Shown here one piece after another: positions 39,077-52,591 of a stretch of 64,000 bases of DNA. The stretch is from positions 7,316,001-7,380,000 of the forward strand of contig CM035358.1 of NCBI GenBank assembly GCA_020137815.1, read 5' to 3'. The notes beneath the pieces are model-generated. The model saw only the letters and a program-made list of their open reading frames with translations. It was not told where the DNA came from and made no database searches. The translations under genes and the position numbers were made by a program. Source of the stretch: Hormiphora californensis (taxonomy: Eukaryota; Animalia; Ctenophora). Numbering within the stretch: position 1 is the stretch's first letter; every line of letters starts with the position of its first letter.

Positions 39077-40325
39077 TGCGTGTTTCTTGTTCTTTTGCTC
39101 AGCTTTCTCTGGGCAATCAGAGAAAAAAAGAAATGAACTTTATAGAATGCAAGCCTGATCATGTACCCATTTACATCACAGAGTTAAATAGTTTTAGCTT
39201 CTGTAAAAAGTTGCCTTTTTAGGAGAAATACCTCGATAAATTCCAATCAGTTTTAATTGCCCAATTACTGATCGGTGATCACGTCCAACACCTCACATAT
39301 CTAGTGACTGAGGTCATATCTCAATATCATATGAGGCTCAATGTGATTGATTCGCTGAATCAAGATGGGCTCACACGAACCTTCTGCAGAATTTATTCTG
39401 TGCAATGTCAAAAATTTGAAGTGAGTCGTTTCAAGATCGATAGCTGTCTGGCGGCGCCAGACCCCCATTTGATTCTCATATGGGGGTCGCGGCGCCAGAC
39501 ATATAACTAGTAGAGAGTGTGACAGTTGTCAAATATTTGCAGAAATCGTGATCGGGGACCCTCGGCAAAGTTCCGATACAGATAGTTATCAAATGGCGCC
39601 GATTGGGGAAGACAGAGACAGAGAGGGAGCTATATGGAGTAGGGAGAGATAGAGCCTCTTATATTTGAGGACCGGAGAGACATTGAGAGAGTGAGAGAGA
39701 AGAGAGGAGACAATGTGGTTAGTCTAGTGATTTATCATTTTGAATGCATACCGATTTTCTTACGCAACTCATTGATCAGCTGCTTTACTACGTAGTAATA
39801 ATACTACGACCGAGTAGTAAAGCTGGAGTTTTGTGCCATTTATTGTCCACACGGCTTTGCTTTTCGTCTTTTTGACCTTTTGTACTAGGCGTATCTGTAG
39901 GCGTATCTGTAGTATCAAGCAATGCTATAGGTAAATGGTCCGTTGTTTGAACTAAACGCGTAGTTTGATCAACATGATGACACTATAGTGCACTATTATT
40001 GTTACATAATTCCAATTACTTGTTCTAGCTGGTATCTACATTATATCGCCATGACATGATGTAATACGATGAGTTTGAAGAAGCGAAGTGCAGAGTTTAA
40101 CGCTAAGCAGAAGCACAATGCTCTCGTTCCTGTGAAGAGCGTTCATTATAACTACCTGCTGGAGAGGGACAAAACTAAACTTGTCAAGGTATTAAACACG
40201 CATCTCCATGATCATTGGTTGGAAGTTCTATGTTACCCAGCTTTTTGGCATACGCTGCAGACCCCTCTAACGCTGTCTGGTGGCACCATGAGACCCCGTT
40301 TTGATCGGGTCGGCGCCATCAGTCA
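39030..40325 (+). repeat. ~1.3-kb direct repeat, copy A
   Basis: Collinear with 40860-42175; starts at a (CT)n tract and ends at cggcgccatcag. Confidence 0.85.
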
Positions 40326-40419
40326 CCGTTAAAGGTCCCTTAACAAGATAGACAACGATATAATGGTACTAAATCAAATAAATTGACAGAAGCTTTCGAG
40401 ATCACTGTGTATCACGTCT

Positions 40420-40820
40420 TTCAGCTATAATGGAGCAGGAGAGTGAGGAATTGTAAGAGGCGAAGAAGGAGATAGGGTTGATCCAGAGGGAGGGAGCTGG
40501 GTTTAGGAAGGAGAGGTGATCCAGGGAGGGGAGAGAGGTAAGTGATCCAGGGTAGGAGAGCCGCTATGGAGGAAGCGGTAGGTGATCGAACTGAGATGTG
40601 CATGGGTCTAGCGACGGAAGGAAGAGGTGATCCGAGAAGGGAGGGGTTCAACGGAGGATTGATGGCGGGCCTTGGGGTAAGGTTGAGTCAGGTGTTGAGG
40701 ATGGTAATGGCCAAGCGGTGTCTAGGCGATCCAAGTGGGAAGAGGATGGAAGCAGTAGTAGTTAGGATTTCCGTTGTTGTTCCAGCCCATGGTGCCGCGT
40801 ACGCAGGGGTCGATAGCTAA
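40420..40820 (-). mobile_element. Possible degenerate LINE ORF2 C-terminal fragment
   Basis: Broken frames give HLDRLDTAW and SFRR*THAHLSSITYRFLHSG, reminiscent of the non-LTR post-RT region. Weak. Confidence 0.3.
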
Positions 40821-40859
40821 TACGACTCTGAACGCTACAAAATACTTCTCTATCTCCTC

Positions 40860-40863
40860 TCTC

Positions 40864-40925
<62 letters not shown>

Positions 40926-42175
40926 CCTGCGTGTTTCTTGTTCTTTTGCTCAGCTTTCTCTGGGCAATCAGAGAAAAAAAGAAATGAACTTTATAGAATG
41001 CAAGCCTGACCATGTACCCCTTTACATCACAAAAGTTAAATAGTTTTAGCTTCTGTAAAAAGTTGCCTTTTTAGGAGAAATACCTCTATAAATTCCAATC
41101 AACTTTAATTGCCCAACTGATCGGTGATCACGTCCAACACCTCACGTCCAGTGACTGAGGTCATATCAATATCATGAGGCTCAATAATCAATATGATTGA
41201 TTTTCTGAAGTAAATGGGGCTCACATGAAGCTTCTGTAGACTTAGTCTGTGTCATGTCAAAAATTTGAAGTGAGTCGCTTCAAGATCGATAGCTGTCTGG
41301 CGGCGCCAGACCCCACTTTGGTTCTCAAATGGGGTCGCGGCGCCAGACAGATAACTAGTAGAGAGTGTGACAGTTGTCAAATATTTGCAGAAATCGTGAT
41401 CGGGGACCCTCGGCAAAGTTCCGATAGTTATCAAATGGCGACGATTGGGGAAGACAGAGACAGAGAGGGAGCTATAGGGAGTAGGGAGAGAGCGAGAGAT
41501 AGAGCCTCTTATATTTGAGGACCGGAGAGACATTGAGAGTGAGAGAGAAGAGAGGAGACAATGTGGTTAGTCTACTGATTTATCATTTTGAATGCATACA
41601 GATTTTCTTACGCAACTCATCGATCAGGCTTTACTACAATCGCGTAGTAATACTGCGTAGTAATACTGCAGTTTTGTGCCATTTATCTTCTAAACGACTT
41701 TGCTTTTTGTTCGTATTTTTGAACTTTCGTACAGTACTAGGCGTATCTGTTGGTGTGTGCCGATGCCTAGGCGTATCTGTTGTATCAAGCAGTACTTTAG
41801 GTAAATGGTTCTTTTGTTTGAATCAAACAGATCACTATAATGAAACTTCTAATTCCAATTACTTGTTCCAGCTCATCTCTACATTATATCGCCATGACAT
41901 GATGTAATACAATGAGTTTGAAGAAGCGAAGTGCTGAATTTAACGCTAAGCAGAAGCACAACGCTCTCGTTCCGGTGAAGAGCGTTCATTATAACTACCT
42001 TTTGGAGAGGGACAAAACTAAACTTGTCAAGGTATATTAAACACGCATCTCCATGATCATTGGTTGGAAGTTCTATGTTACCCAGCTTTTTGGCATACGC
42101 TGCAGACCCCTCTAACGCTGTCTGGCGGCGCCAGACCCCGTTTTGAGTCTCAGATCGGTTCGGCGCCATCAGCCA
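40860..42175 (+). repeat. ~1.3-kb direct repeat, copy B
   Basis: Collinear with 39030-40325, with small indels. Confidence 0.85.
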
Positions 42176-42222
42176 GCGTTAGAGGGGCCTGTAGCGTTTA
42201 CCAATTACCCAGTTTTTCTGCA

Positions 42223-43169
42223 GATAATTAATGACGAGAGACAGCACACCACAAAACGGCTCGATACAAAGGCAGACGCTGTGCTGGAGTCTCAACTAAA
42301 GAGTGAGTTATAGTAAATTACCTAAAATTATACATAATGTAGAGATGTGGTGTCTTTTACGATCGTGTACCAGAATTCAGTTAAAACTCACTGATTCAGA
42401 TACACCAAACCGGCACCTCCAAAAGCGACTAGAGCGAGCATTCAATGTCCTCAGTGTGGACTACTCAAATCCTAGTACCAATGAAACTCCTGAGGAACAG
42501 CAGCTACTCTACGGTATACCCAAGGTGTGTTTGAACCAGGTTTTCGAGGGCTGAACCATTTCAGAGAAAAAAACAGTCAGAGCTCAAAACGAATATTTCG
42601 CAGGCTAAAAACAAGGTACAGTCTGCGGGTTCAAGAAAAAAGAAGATCAGTTCAAAACTCGAGTTTGATAACATTTTCAAGTCTTCAGTTGACCCACAAA
42701 CTGTAGAAACTTTGGAGAAAAAGAAACAACGACCATTTACATCGCTAGGTGAGTAAATCCCCTTTAGGACACGGTCCGACGAACCAAACCAAACCAAACC
42801 AAACCAAACCAAACCAAACCAAACCAAACCAAACCAAACCAAACCAAACCAAACCAAACCAAACCAAACCAAACCAAACCAAACCAAACTGCAAACCAAA
42901 CCAAATTGTTTCAGGAGGTAAAGTTGATCAATATCCCTCGGGGAACAAGATAAAGCTGTACGGAGAGGATGTAATTGTGACAAACAACAACCCAGCTGGT
43001 ACGGAAACCTGTCCTGTGTGTGGAGGGTGTGTGGGTGGAGGTGGTTTCAGTTGTTTCTGCAGCAGTAGTAGTAGCAGTGGAGGTGGAGGAGGAGGGAAGC
43101 AGAGTGGAAGTAGTAGTGGTAGTGGTGGTGGTGGTGGAAGGAGTAACAGAAAGTATTCCATATTCCCAG
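42223..43169 (+). CDS. Partial spliced gene of unknown function (four phase-compatible exons; Lys-rich, then Cys/Gly/Ser-rich)
   Basis: Exons ~42223-42302, 42400-42524, 42565-42748 and ~42915-43169 have GT-AG ends and join in frame. No recognisable domain. Confidence 0.5.
42783..42905. repeat. (AAACC)n microsatellite
   Basis: Direct inspection. Confidence 0.95.
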
Positions 43170-43264
43170 GTTAGTAAGGGCTTATCGGCCTACTTGATGA
43201 TCTTGTCGAAACTGTATATCGAACTTTATTTTATGATGCTTGGTTCGTTCTATCAGTATCAGGT

Positions 43265-44360
43265 ATAAATTGCTATCTCATAAATTCCCTATTCCCTCCT
43301 AGGAGCATCTCTAAAATATCAGCCCGGTGGAGGTGGAGGAGGAGGATTGAATGTGGTGGGGGTCCATCGCCTTCTCTCACCTCCCATCTCCCAGTGTGCC
43401 TTCTCAAGTAAAAGAAGAAATACCGACTGGAGGAGTGAATAAGAAACGAAGAAATACCGACTGGAGGAGTGAATAGCTGAAATCAGTGATGAGTGTGGAC
43501 AAGATGTACGGTGTCGCGATGACAGAATGGACAGTAGAATTGGGAGAAATGTTAGAAGGTCGAATTGAATCATTTCTTAATATTGAATTTTTTGAGCTTT
43601 GATATTGTAGGTTGGATCTAAAAAATAAAAGTATGAATAGGGCTGAGCTTACGAACTGAAGTGAAACAGCTATGACACTGCCAGAAAACGGATCTTGCAT
43701 ATCTTTAATTGTATCAGCTGACAGTGACCATGTTGTATTTTTTTCAACACTTCAAATTAATTAAGTTTTTGGTCATATTGAGCTGTATTGAAGAGTCATC
43801 GGACCCACCTTAGAGCTCCTGTATAGTGCCGGTCTGTTACTGCAACTGCTAGAGCCCAGTTGATTGGGTCGGTGCTGCCAGACAGAACTGACCGGCCAAC
43901 TACCGAGGATTAATTCCGTCCGCATTAATACCCCCTGCACGTACGGCTGTATTGATGTTGTAGGAATGTGCATCTTACATATATTCAACTCTTGAGGGCC
44001 CTGATCAGCGACCATCTCGTTGCTTACAAGGCTGCTTGTCTCAACACTCCCTCAATGCTTTATCGATCCAGGATCTTGTAGTCCTTTTCTAATCTACACT
44101 CTTGCTTGATAGTTTTAATTCATGCCCCTTCTTGACTGAACAATATTCTGCAGAAGTTTGTTGCAAGGTTACTTACACCTCTCTGATAAAAAGTTGTCAA
44201 TAACGCCTTTTATGAAGCGAATTATTGTGATCTTGCAGGCCTTGGCTTATAGATTTGGATTTATCCGATTTATAGTGACACACCTTCTAGTCTATCACGA
44301 TCAGTAAACAGTAAACACACGAAGTATAATACATGCTCCATTAAATGTATGATTTTCATA
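43265..44360 (+). repeat. ~1.1-kb dispersed repeat; inverted homologue at 57925-60388
   Basis: 43265-43700 is the reverse complement of ~59890-60388, and 43770-44360 of ~57925-58525 (diverged). Confidence 0.75.
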
Positions 44361-44599
44361 TACTTCTTTCATTTTTACAAGCCTGCTATTAATCTCAGTT
44401 TTTCAACTAGGTGTAAAAAGTTCTTGTAGTCAGTCCAATCTCTCAACCATATCGGTCTACAATAATCAATCTGAATTTGTCGCCAAGAAATACCCCGAGA
44501 ACTAAGTCCCCCCTTGACTCCAAAATTGGGTTTTTCGATCTTTACCTCTAATTCACTGACGTCTCAATTCCAACCCGGACTCCATCACTCTCTAAAAAC

Positions 44600-47500
44600 T
44601 CAGTTTTAAAAATTTCCCCACTTTCTTTTCTCTCTCTCTCTCTCTCTCAGTCCCCCTTTCCGACCCCCAGCCCTAAAACCCCCCGCCACAAACGACGACC
44701 CCCGCCGGCAAAATGTAAAATAGTAAAACATTGGGCCAAGGGCTCTCTCTCCCCAGGATTTCACCGCTCCCCCCTCTCTCCCCCCGGCTTCCCGACCCTC
44801 CCCCCCCAGTTTTCTACCGCCCCCCCCCCCATTTTTTTCACCTGACCCTCCCCCTCCCGGATTTCTATCTCGATCCCTCTCCCCCCCCAGTTTTCTACCT
44901 GCTCCCCCCCCCTTTTTCTCTCCCCCCCCTACACCGACTCTCCCCCTCCCCAATTTCATCTCTACCCCCCCCCCCCCCGGTTTTTCACCTGACCCCTCAC
45001 CCCCCCAATTTCATCTCTGCTCCCTCTCCCCCCCCGGTTTTCTTTTCCTGACCCCCTCCCCCCCCCCCCAATTTCATCCGCCCCCCCCCCCCGGGGGTTT
45101 CACCGCCCCCCCCCCCTCCCTCTCTCTCTCCCCTCTTTCCCTCTCTCCCCTCCCGTTTTTTCTTTCTCGCTCCCCTCTCCTCTCTCTCTCCCCAGTATTT
45201 CTATCTCTGCTCCCTCTCTTCTCTCTCCCCAGTATTTCTATCTCTGGTCCCTCTCTCTCCCCCGGTATTTCCCTATCCTATCGAGTTTCAAAATGTAGTT
45301 GTAATCGGGCTGAAAATCAATTCAAGTCTCCCAGCCGCTCTATTCAATCCTTCTCACTTTTTTGTTGTTGCGAGAGCTCCACGATCGAACCGGCTCTAAC
45401 CAAGCACTCCCAAACTTGTTTGAGAAGTTTGAGTCTTTATTTAATCAAAATGCAATGTGCTGAGTTACCTACTTCACTCAGTATGTTATGTAATATTAGT
45501 ATAATGAAAGCTGTCCATTGTGTCAAGGTCTGCGGGGAGGGGGAAAATGGGGGGGGAGGGAAGAAGGAAGAGGGAGGGCGCAACCCCTTTCCGCTCTCTC
45601 TCCTTTTTTTTTTGGGCTTTTTTTTTTGTTCTTTTTTTTTTCCCTTTTTATTTTTCCGGGGTTTTCCTTTTTTTCCCTTTTTTTTCCTTTCTACCCCCTA
45701 TTTGTTTTCCTAAACCCCGTGGGTTTAAAAAACCTAAATTTAAGTAACTCTGCATAGAGTTCCAAAATTATTCTTAAATTGCTTCACCAAACTTCGAATC
45801 ACTTCTATTTCCACTGGGGTGTGATCTCCCCAACCAGACGCCGCGTCAGGGACCTGTTTCGGACTTGGGCTTCGTGGGTCGCGTTTTTTTGAAAACCCTG
45901 ACATCGTTTTTCTGCTCGCCATTAGAAACGTTGTTTTTGAACGTAAACCCCCTCTTTTCCCCCCCTCTTTTAAGTGTTTGATTAAGAAGGACCCGCACAC
46001 CCCCAACCACTTAACCACCCCTCTCCCCACTTGTATTCACAAAAATGCTGCAAGATTTTATGCGAGTGCGGATCATGATGATAAAACCACCCGGGTCCCC
46101 CCCCACCACGATACACGACCACCCTCCACCCAGCCCCCAACCAGTAGATGGGTGTTTCACCTTTCTGGCTTTTCGGCGGTGGGTCGACTAGACCGAAAAT
46201 CGGCTGAAAAGGGGCGATGTTTTTAAAAATTCCCCCCGGGGGGTTGGACCTGAATGGGGGCCCTGTATTTGTGGACGATACACTGGATAGGAGGGTGAAA
46301 TCAACCCCTGTAAACCACACCAGGACATCCCCCTGTAACATCCGGAATGTTCTGAGGTCCTCAACTGTCCTTTTGTTCGGGGAAAGGGGAAAGACTTTGA
46401 GATCCAACTTTCCCGGTGTGACTCCAGTCCCCCCCACATCTGGTGGTCCCAGGAAATCTCCCTCAATCTTTGTAGAGTTTGTTGATGACATCACTAAGTT
46501 GAGTGTTGCGGGGAAGAGTTGCGAGGAGGCCGCGTTCCTCCCCTCCTCAACAGATGACACAACTGATAACTATCTCCGGGCACAACATCTCCATGGCAAT
46601 CCCCCCGCGAGTTCATTCTCTGAATTTTTTAAAGGTGATTGCCGTCTGCCCCCGGGTTTTCCTATTTACAAGTGGGGAAATGATGATGAGGGAGCGTCCT
46701 CTGTGCAGTTGAGGGAACTGGAACAATTCTTTACACCTGTAGACCCGGGTCCTGAGAACGATGGTTTCTTTAAAAGGGGTTGCCCGCCCGTCAGAAAAAA
46801 CCCCCCCCGATTGGAATTTAAACCCCCCTCTCCCCAAAAGGAATGCCCTTCTCCAACGCTACCCGCCAATCCGGGACCATTTGCCCGACCAATCCTCCCT
46901 TATCCCTGACCAAATCCCAAGGTAGCAGCCCCTAAACCAAACCGGTTTAACAAAACTAATTCATACCGGCAAACACCAGACCAAACCCAGCCCCTCTCCT
47001 AACCCTGAGCCAATCCCCCCACCCCGATAGTGAGCTCTGCTCAAAATACCGATAAAACACGGGGACGAAAAAACCCCGGAACCGGGAACCGATCCCGGGA
47101 ACCAGAACCAAACCGGACCAAAAACCGACCAGAACAAAACCCAAAAATACTAAGAACCGTACCGACTGATTGGGTTAACTGCTTCGACCCCCCCGATAAA
47201 CCGACCCCGGAACCAATCCAATCCTACCCAAACCCGACCAAACCCCCCGAAAACCGGGAACGGGATAACGCTAAACAAAGCTAAAACCCCGAAAGGCTAC
47301 CCCTACAAACAAACCCCCTGAACCCCAAAACCTAAAACCGGGCCCCGGGAACCGTCCCCAAGGAACCATTAATCTACTCCCCCTGAACCCCAAAAACTCC
47401 AAACCCCGGGACCAAACCAATCCTAACCTGAACCAATTCCTAACCTGACCAAATCCGAATTATCGAAACAATTCATACCGGCTACCCACCAAAAACCGGA

Positions 47501-49700
47501 GCCATTCCCAACCCCGGGAGCACGCCCCCAAAACACAACCAGAGGGAAAAGCTCTGTCACAATCCCAACATTCCAAGCCCTCCAGACCCGGGAACCATCC
47601 CCCCCGGGCCGGCCCATTTCCCGGCCGGACCCTCCCTACTGAAATGAGCTGGGGCCCGTACATACAACACCAAACCAAAAGGGAACCCGGGGATCCAAAC
47701 CCCACCAAAGGGCACCTATCCGACCTCTCACAATGGGTTCTTCCCTGACTCGACCCCAATAAGGAAACCCGGGAGGTTCTACTCCTAAACCCACCAGATT
47801 CCGAACCGACCCCGGAAACTGTGGTAACAGAAGAACAAACAACCAGGGAGCTGCCTGTGACCCCTCCGCCCTCTCCAACGACCCCTGAACCAGCCCCTGT
47901 GACCCCTGAACCGGCCCAAACGACCCCTGAACCGGGGCCCCCACAAAAATGACGTAACCCCCCCTGATTTGTCCCGCAAGCTATTGGCCCAACTCCAACT
48001 CCTCCACCAACCCCCAGAAGGTACACCCAAACCACAACCTGGAACCCCCGAACCAGCACCAACAACACCCGAACCAGAATCTGAACCCGTTTCCCCGGGC
48101 CCCCGCCCAAAAAACCCACCCGTTCCTGAAACCACAAACCCCCGACCCCCAAACCATCCTGAAGTACCGGACCCTGAAGTACCCGGCCCTGAAGCACCCG
48201 ACCCTGAAGTACCGGAAGGAATTTTTAAACTGGTCCCGGGAAACCCCCACCTTCAAGAACCCCTTACTCCTAACCTTTAACACCCCCAACACCCAAAGAA
48301 AGATCACCCAAAACCCCGATTAACAAATACCCCCCACCCCCTCCCCCCCCCCCCGGACAGAAAAAGAGGGGGGAGGCTGATACAAACGGGGGTATTGTTG
48401 GAAGCATTTTTGAGCAAAAGTCCAGACTGAGACCTCTTCATCGAAGCACGAAATCACTCCCAACCCCTCCCCCACCCAAAATCCCAAAACCCCCCCCCTA
48501 CAAACCCCACCCCCCTCCCCTTACCACATCCCCTGGCCCTCCTGTTCCTATGGCCAAACCCGGGAAACCCTGGATCGAGATCGCTTAAGCTCTTGAGGCC
48601 CCCTGAACCTGGGACTACCCCCCGAAAACCGGTAATCAACACCCGCCCTGAACCCGGCCCCCCCAACCCGGGGAAAACTCGGACACCCCAACCTACCCCC
48701 CCTCCTAACCCTGGGAAACCCCGAACCCCAAACCCGGACCCCACCCCCGAAACCTTTCGGAAACCCCCCGCCAAACCCCCCCTCCTAACCCCGTTCTTTT
48801 CCCAACCCCAAACCCGGGACTCCCCAACCTGAAAAACCTTTTAGGGAAACCCCCACCCCCCCCCCTCTCCAATCAAAAAACTCCTAACCCCCCCCCTGAA
48901 CCGACCACCCCCAGTGGGAAATGGGTTAATTTAAGGGAAACCAAACCAAATCCTGAGCCTCAACCCAACCCCCGATCCCGGGGTCCCGGCCACTCCGGAA
49001 CCGGAGGCTGTCCATTACCAACCCCCCACCCTGACCCCCCTCCCGGGACTCCCCCGAGCCTTATCCTAGCCGGGACTCCCCAACCAAATCGAAACACCCG
49101 TCAGAACCCCAGAACCCGCCCCCTTTTTTCCGGAACCTGTAAAACCCCCTAACCCAACCCCCCCCTGCATCCGCAACCCCGAACCCCGGTTGAACACTTT
49201 TCCCGGGAAACCCCAGCCCCAGGGCCCCTCCCCCCCCCGGGGCACACCCGATCCATAAAACCCAACCCCCCACCACGTACCCCCACTCCACTCCCTCCCC
49301 CTCACCTCCCCCAAACCCTAACACTTTTTCCCCACTCCCCCCCATCCCCCTCACCTACCCTAACCCCCAACACCCCCCCCCCCACCTTCGGACCCCCATC
49401 CCCCCCCCCCACCTTAAAGATCCCCGATCTGGGCCGGGTTTTCCCCCTTATCGGCAACTTGGAAAATCCCCACAAGATTAAGATAAATTTTTAGGATGAT
49501 CGGGTTTTCACTGGTATTATGAAGCTTTTTAGGGTTCTACAAACCGGATTTCAATGATGCGACATGGGTATTGCCCTACCCCCCCCCCCCCCCTAACAGA
49601 CCCCCGGGCGGGGGGACAGAGGGCTGCAAATTTTTAACGGTCCTGTGAGATGACTTATTGGCCTTCGCGGGGATTCTTTCTAGGGGTAGCAAGATCACTA
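44600..49700. other. Low-accuracy sequence, probably hiding a Pro-rich repetitive coding region (+ strand, ~46.9-49.4 kb)
   Basis: Excess C/G/A homopolymers that corrupt even the CT microsatellite. Recurring peptide remnants (FIPA...PEP, PEVPDPEVPGPEAPDPEVP) switch frames. Confidence 0.55.
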
Positions 49701-50921
49701 TTTTAACTGTGAATATTTTTTGATAGTCTGGGTATTTAATTTCTAGAAAGTAGGATTAGATGATTAGAGGATGATTAGAGGATGATTAGAGGATGTTTCT
49801 TGGTGTTATACTGTTATGTAGAAAGATGATCGAAAGATGGGACTGGTTTAGAAAGTAGGAGAAATTGGAGTCCGAACCCAGATATGTGATGAAATATGGG
49901 TAGAATATAAAACTGGTTTGAGTTTCTTATGTTAATTAAATATAATTATGTATCTTCGGCTGAATGGACGACATTTAGATTTTTGCTGATATCATAATGA
50001 TATGACTTTCTGTATTATGCATACAGAGCTGTGTGATGTGTATTTCTGAGGGCTTTCTTTTAATAGTTTTATTTAATAAATGCTTTGTTAACTTTCTTTT
50101 GAAACGTGTTAAATTAGTGTGTTGTACAAAACATGTGCGTACAAAAAGTATAAAATAATCACAACAGGTTGGGTATCCCTCACACAACCCAGCTGGGCTC
50201 CCACCAGCCCTTACCACAGTAGGGTGCTGGGTGCAGTAGCTCCCACCAGCCCTTACCGCCAAAAGTCAAAACTGCCCTTATATTAATTTGCAGCAGCAAA
50301 TGATCGGAAGAGTTTGTAATACCATGATTCCCTGCACAGTCAAAGTTCGATACATCTCGTTGTACTTACAACAATTCCGTTGTTGCCATGGTTACCATCA
50401 TCCCATTGCCATGGTTACCATCATTCCGTTGGTTACCTGGTGCGTGGTTACCAATCATGCGGTTACAGCCATCTCGTGATCAGGGACATAACCTGGGGGT
50501 GGTTATATAATCAATAAACCCGGGGGTCGGGTGATTCACTACAAGTAACAGCTGTGGTGGATAGTTATAAAATCAAATTTTACATTTTAATGTCAACGCA
50601 GACAACTTAATATCCCCAGATGTTATCTTATCTGATAGTTTATATGAGAGATAAATGTCAAGATAACCGGCCTCATGACGCACAAACAACAACATGTGAC
50701 ACTGTGACGTAATAGTTTGTTAATCCCTCCCAACCAACTACTACTAGTTGGTTGGTAAATAGTTTACTAAATGATTAAGTTGTTACGATGTTATGGGTCA
50801 GCAAACTATTTGTCAGCGTGATGCCTCACAAATTCAACTGAGAGGCATCACAATTCAATGTCCCTTTCTTGCGAGCAGTCAACCAACAAAATTAGAAATA
50901 AAAAGATCGGGGAAATTGCTA

Positions 50922-51124
50922 CTACTTACTAGTACTGGCCCCTCCTCCACTCAATATGGGAGTTCTCTCATCATCAATCTTGATACCCACGGACCCCATC
51001 TTGGAATTCTTCTTGGTCCTCCACACAAATCCAGCCCAGAGAACAGTTAGAACCGTCTGGATAAGGAAACCCAGGGCGATGTAGGTGGTGGAAAAGGAAA
51101 AGTTGAGTTTCTCTGCCACCACGC
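50922..51124 (-). CDS. Probable terminal exon of a membrane protein with a dileucine-type tail
   Basis: Acceptor ctctttttcag, a hydrophobic helix (YIALGFLIQTVLTVLWAGFVW), basic residues, then DDERTPIL. Upstream exons not identified. Confidence 0.45.
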
Positions 51125-51269
51125 CTGAAAAAGAGGGAGGGGGGTCAACAAGGGAGAGGGGGTCAGAGCAAGCTCAGAGCATTGGAGCGAGAACCATGCG
51201 GTCAGAGCATTTGCCTCACAGAGGGGAGGGGGTCAATAAGTTCTAGTAAAATGGTCGATGAGGGGAGAG

Positions 51270-51446
51270 GGGCCTATATATGTGCTATAACACCGGTGTG
51301 TATCTGTATATCGCGCCCCGCGCGGGGCGTGATATGCACGCATATCGGCTCCTTGCGGAGCAAGGAGACGATATGCAATATATCGCCCCGAACGTAGTGA
51401 GGGCGATATATTTGATACACATAAGGTGTTATAGCATATAACGCCC
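51270..51446. mobile_element. Small palindromic MITE
   Basis: gggcctatatatgtgctataacacc...tatatcgc is mirrored by gcgatata...ggtgttatagcatataacgccc. Confidence 0.65.
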
Positions 51447-51914
51447 ACTGCAAGCAAGGAGAGAACAACACTAATCCCCTTTCAAGTTTTTCAACTCAAT
51501 TTGACAAACTATTCAACATCATCAAAGTTTCACAGTTTAACAACAAATGATTACACAGAGAGAGAGGCAACACAACTCATGCCAATCCTTCAAATATGTT
51601 CCCTTTTCAACTCCAGACATGTCTAGACACTCACACACACACAAGCGAACTATTGGGTGCTAATTAAATAGAGAGAGAGAGATAACGATTGAGGGAAATC
51701 ATACGACTCTTACTTAAGTTAGCAGGTGCTGAGTAATTTCGCAATCGCTTACTGGAGTAAGCGACAGGTGCTGACTGTTTTCCAAAATAACTCTTATTTT
51801 CTTGTAAGAGATATTAGGAGTAAGAGAATGGTGATTCCATTCTCTTGTGTGGTAAGCGCCGCTACTTAGCGACGTGTAATTTCTTAAAACTCTTAACTGA
51901 CGCGGGGTTACAGC

Positions 51915-52125
51915 ATCTGGTCACGTGAAAGGTCACGTGATAAATCTTATTGGCCTGTGCAAGGTCATGTGATAAATCTTATTGGCCTTGAGTGCATACA
52001 TGTGATAGATAACAGCCAATCAGATTGCATCTGGTGAGTGAGAGAGAGCAAGATCAACGCCCTCCCAACGAATTACAATCTCTCTCGTTGGTCACGTGGA
52101 ATGAATATCACGTGACCTTCAGCAC
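51915..52125. promoter_or_regulatory. Cluster of (G)TCACGTG E-boxes and CCAAT boxes
   Basis: TCACGTG at ~51921, 51933, 52092 and 52108; ATTGG/CCAAT at ~51949, 51981 and 52016; CpG-rich context. Confidence 0.45.
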
Positions 52126-52591
52126 GTTCAAATCTCGCGCGGAGTGGTGTGCTTTGCAAAGAAAAACCAGGACCGCGCGCGGTCTCTCCCACACAGCAGC
52201 AGGCCGCGACTAGAAAGTCCCAAATTCCAATCAAAATATTAGGGGGGGGGGGGGGGGGGCTGCCGTAATTTTGATGTTGACACGAGTTACACAAGCGAGT
52301 CAGCTTCTCAAATTCTTGGCTACCCCCCCCCCCTTTCAGTACTACATATTAAACAAGAAATTAAACGATACAAAAGAGTATAACAGCCACGGAATGAGTA
52401 ACGATACACGAATTTTCCTCTCCACGTTGAATTTTCTATAACCAGGTCTGCCTCGAATTCCATTTCAAACTAAAATCCGCCGGCCGGCCCGCTCCTTGTA
52501 TTGGTCCAAACGACGTAATATCTTCAAAATTTTGTAATACCTGATAGGGATATGAAAAGATGTTAAAATCAAATTAAGATTACCAATATTC

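Noticed and set aside
42783-42905. (AAACC)n as an interstitial telomere
   Set aside because: Not TTAGGG or TTAGG; an ordinary intronic microsatellite.
44600-45750. G-quadruplex or special purine/pyrimidine tract
   Set aside because: Homopolymer excess is better explained by poor base calling.
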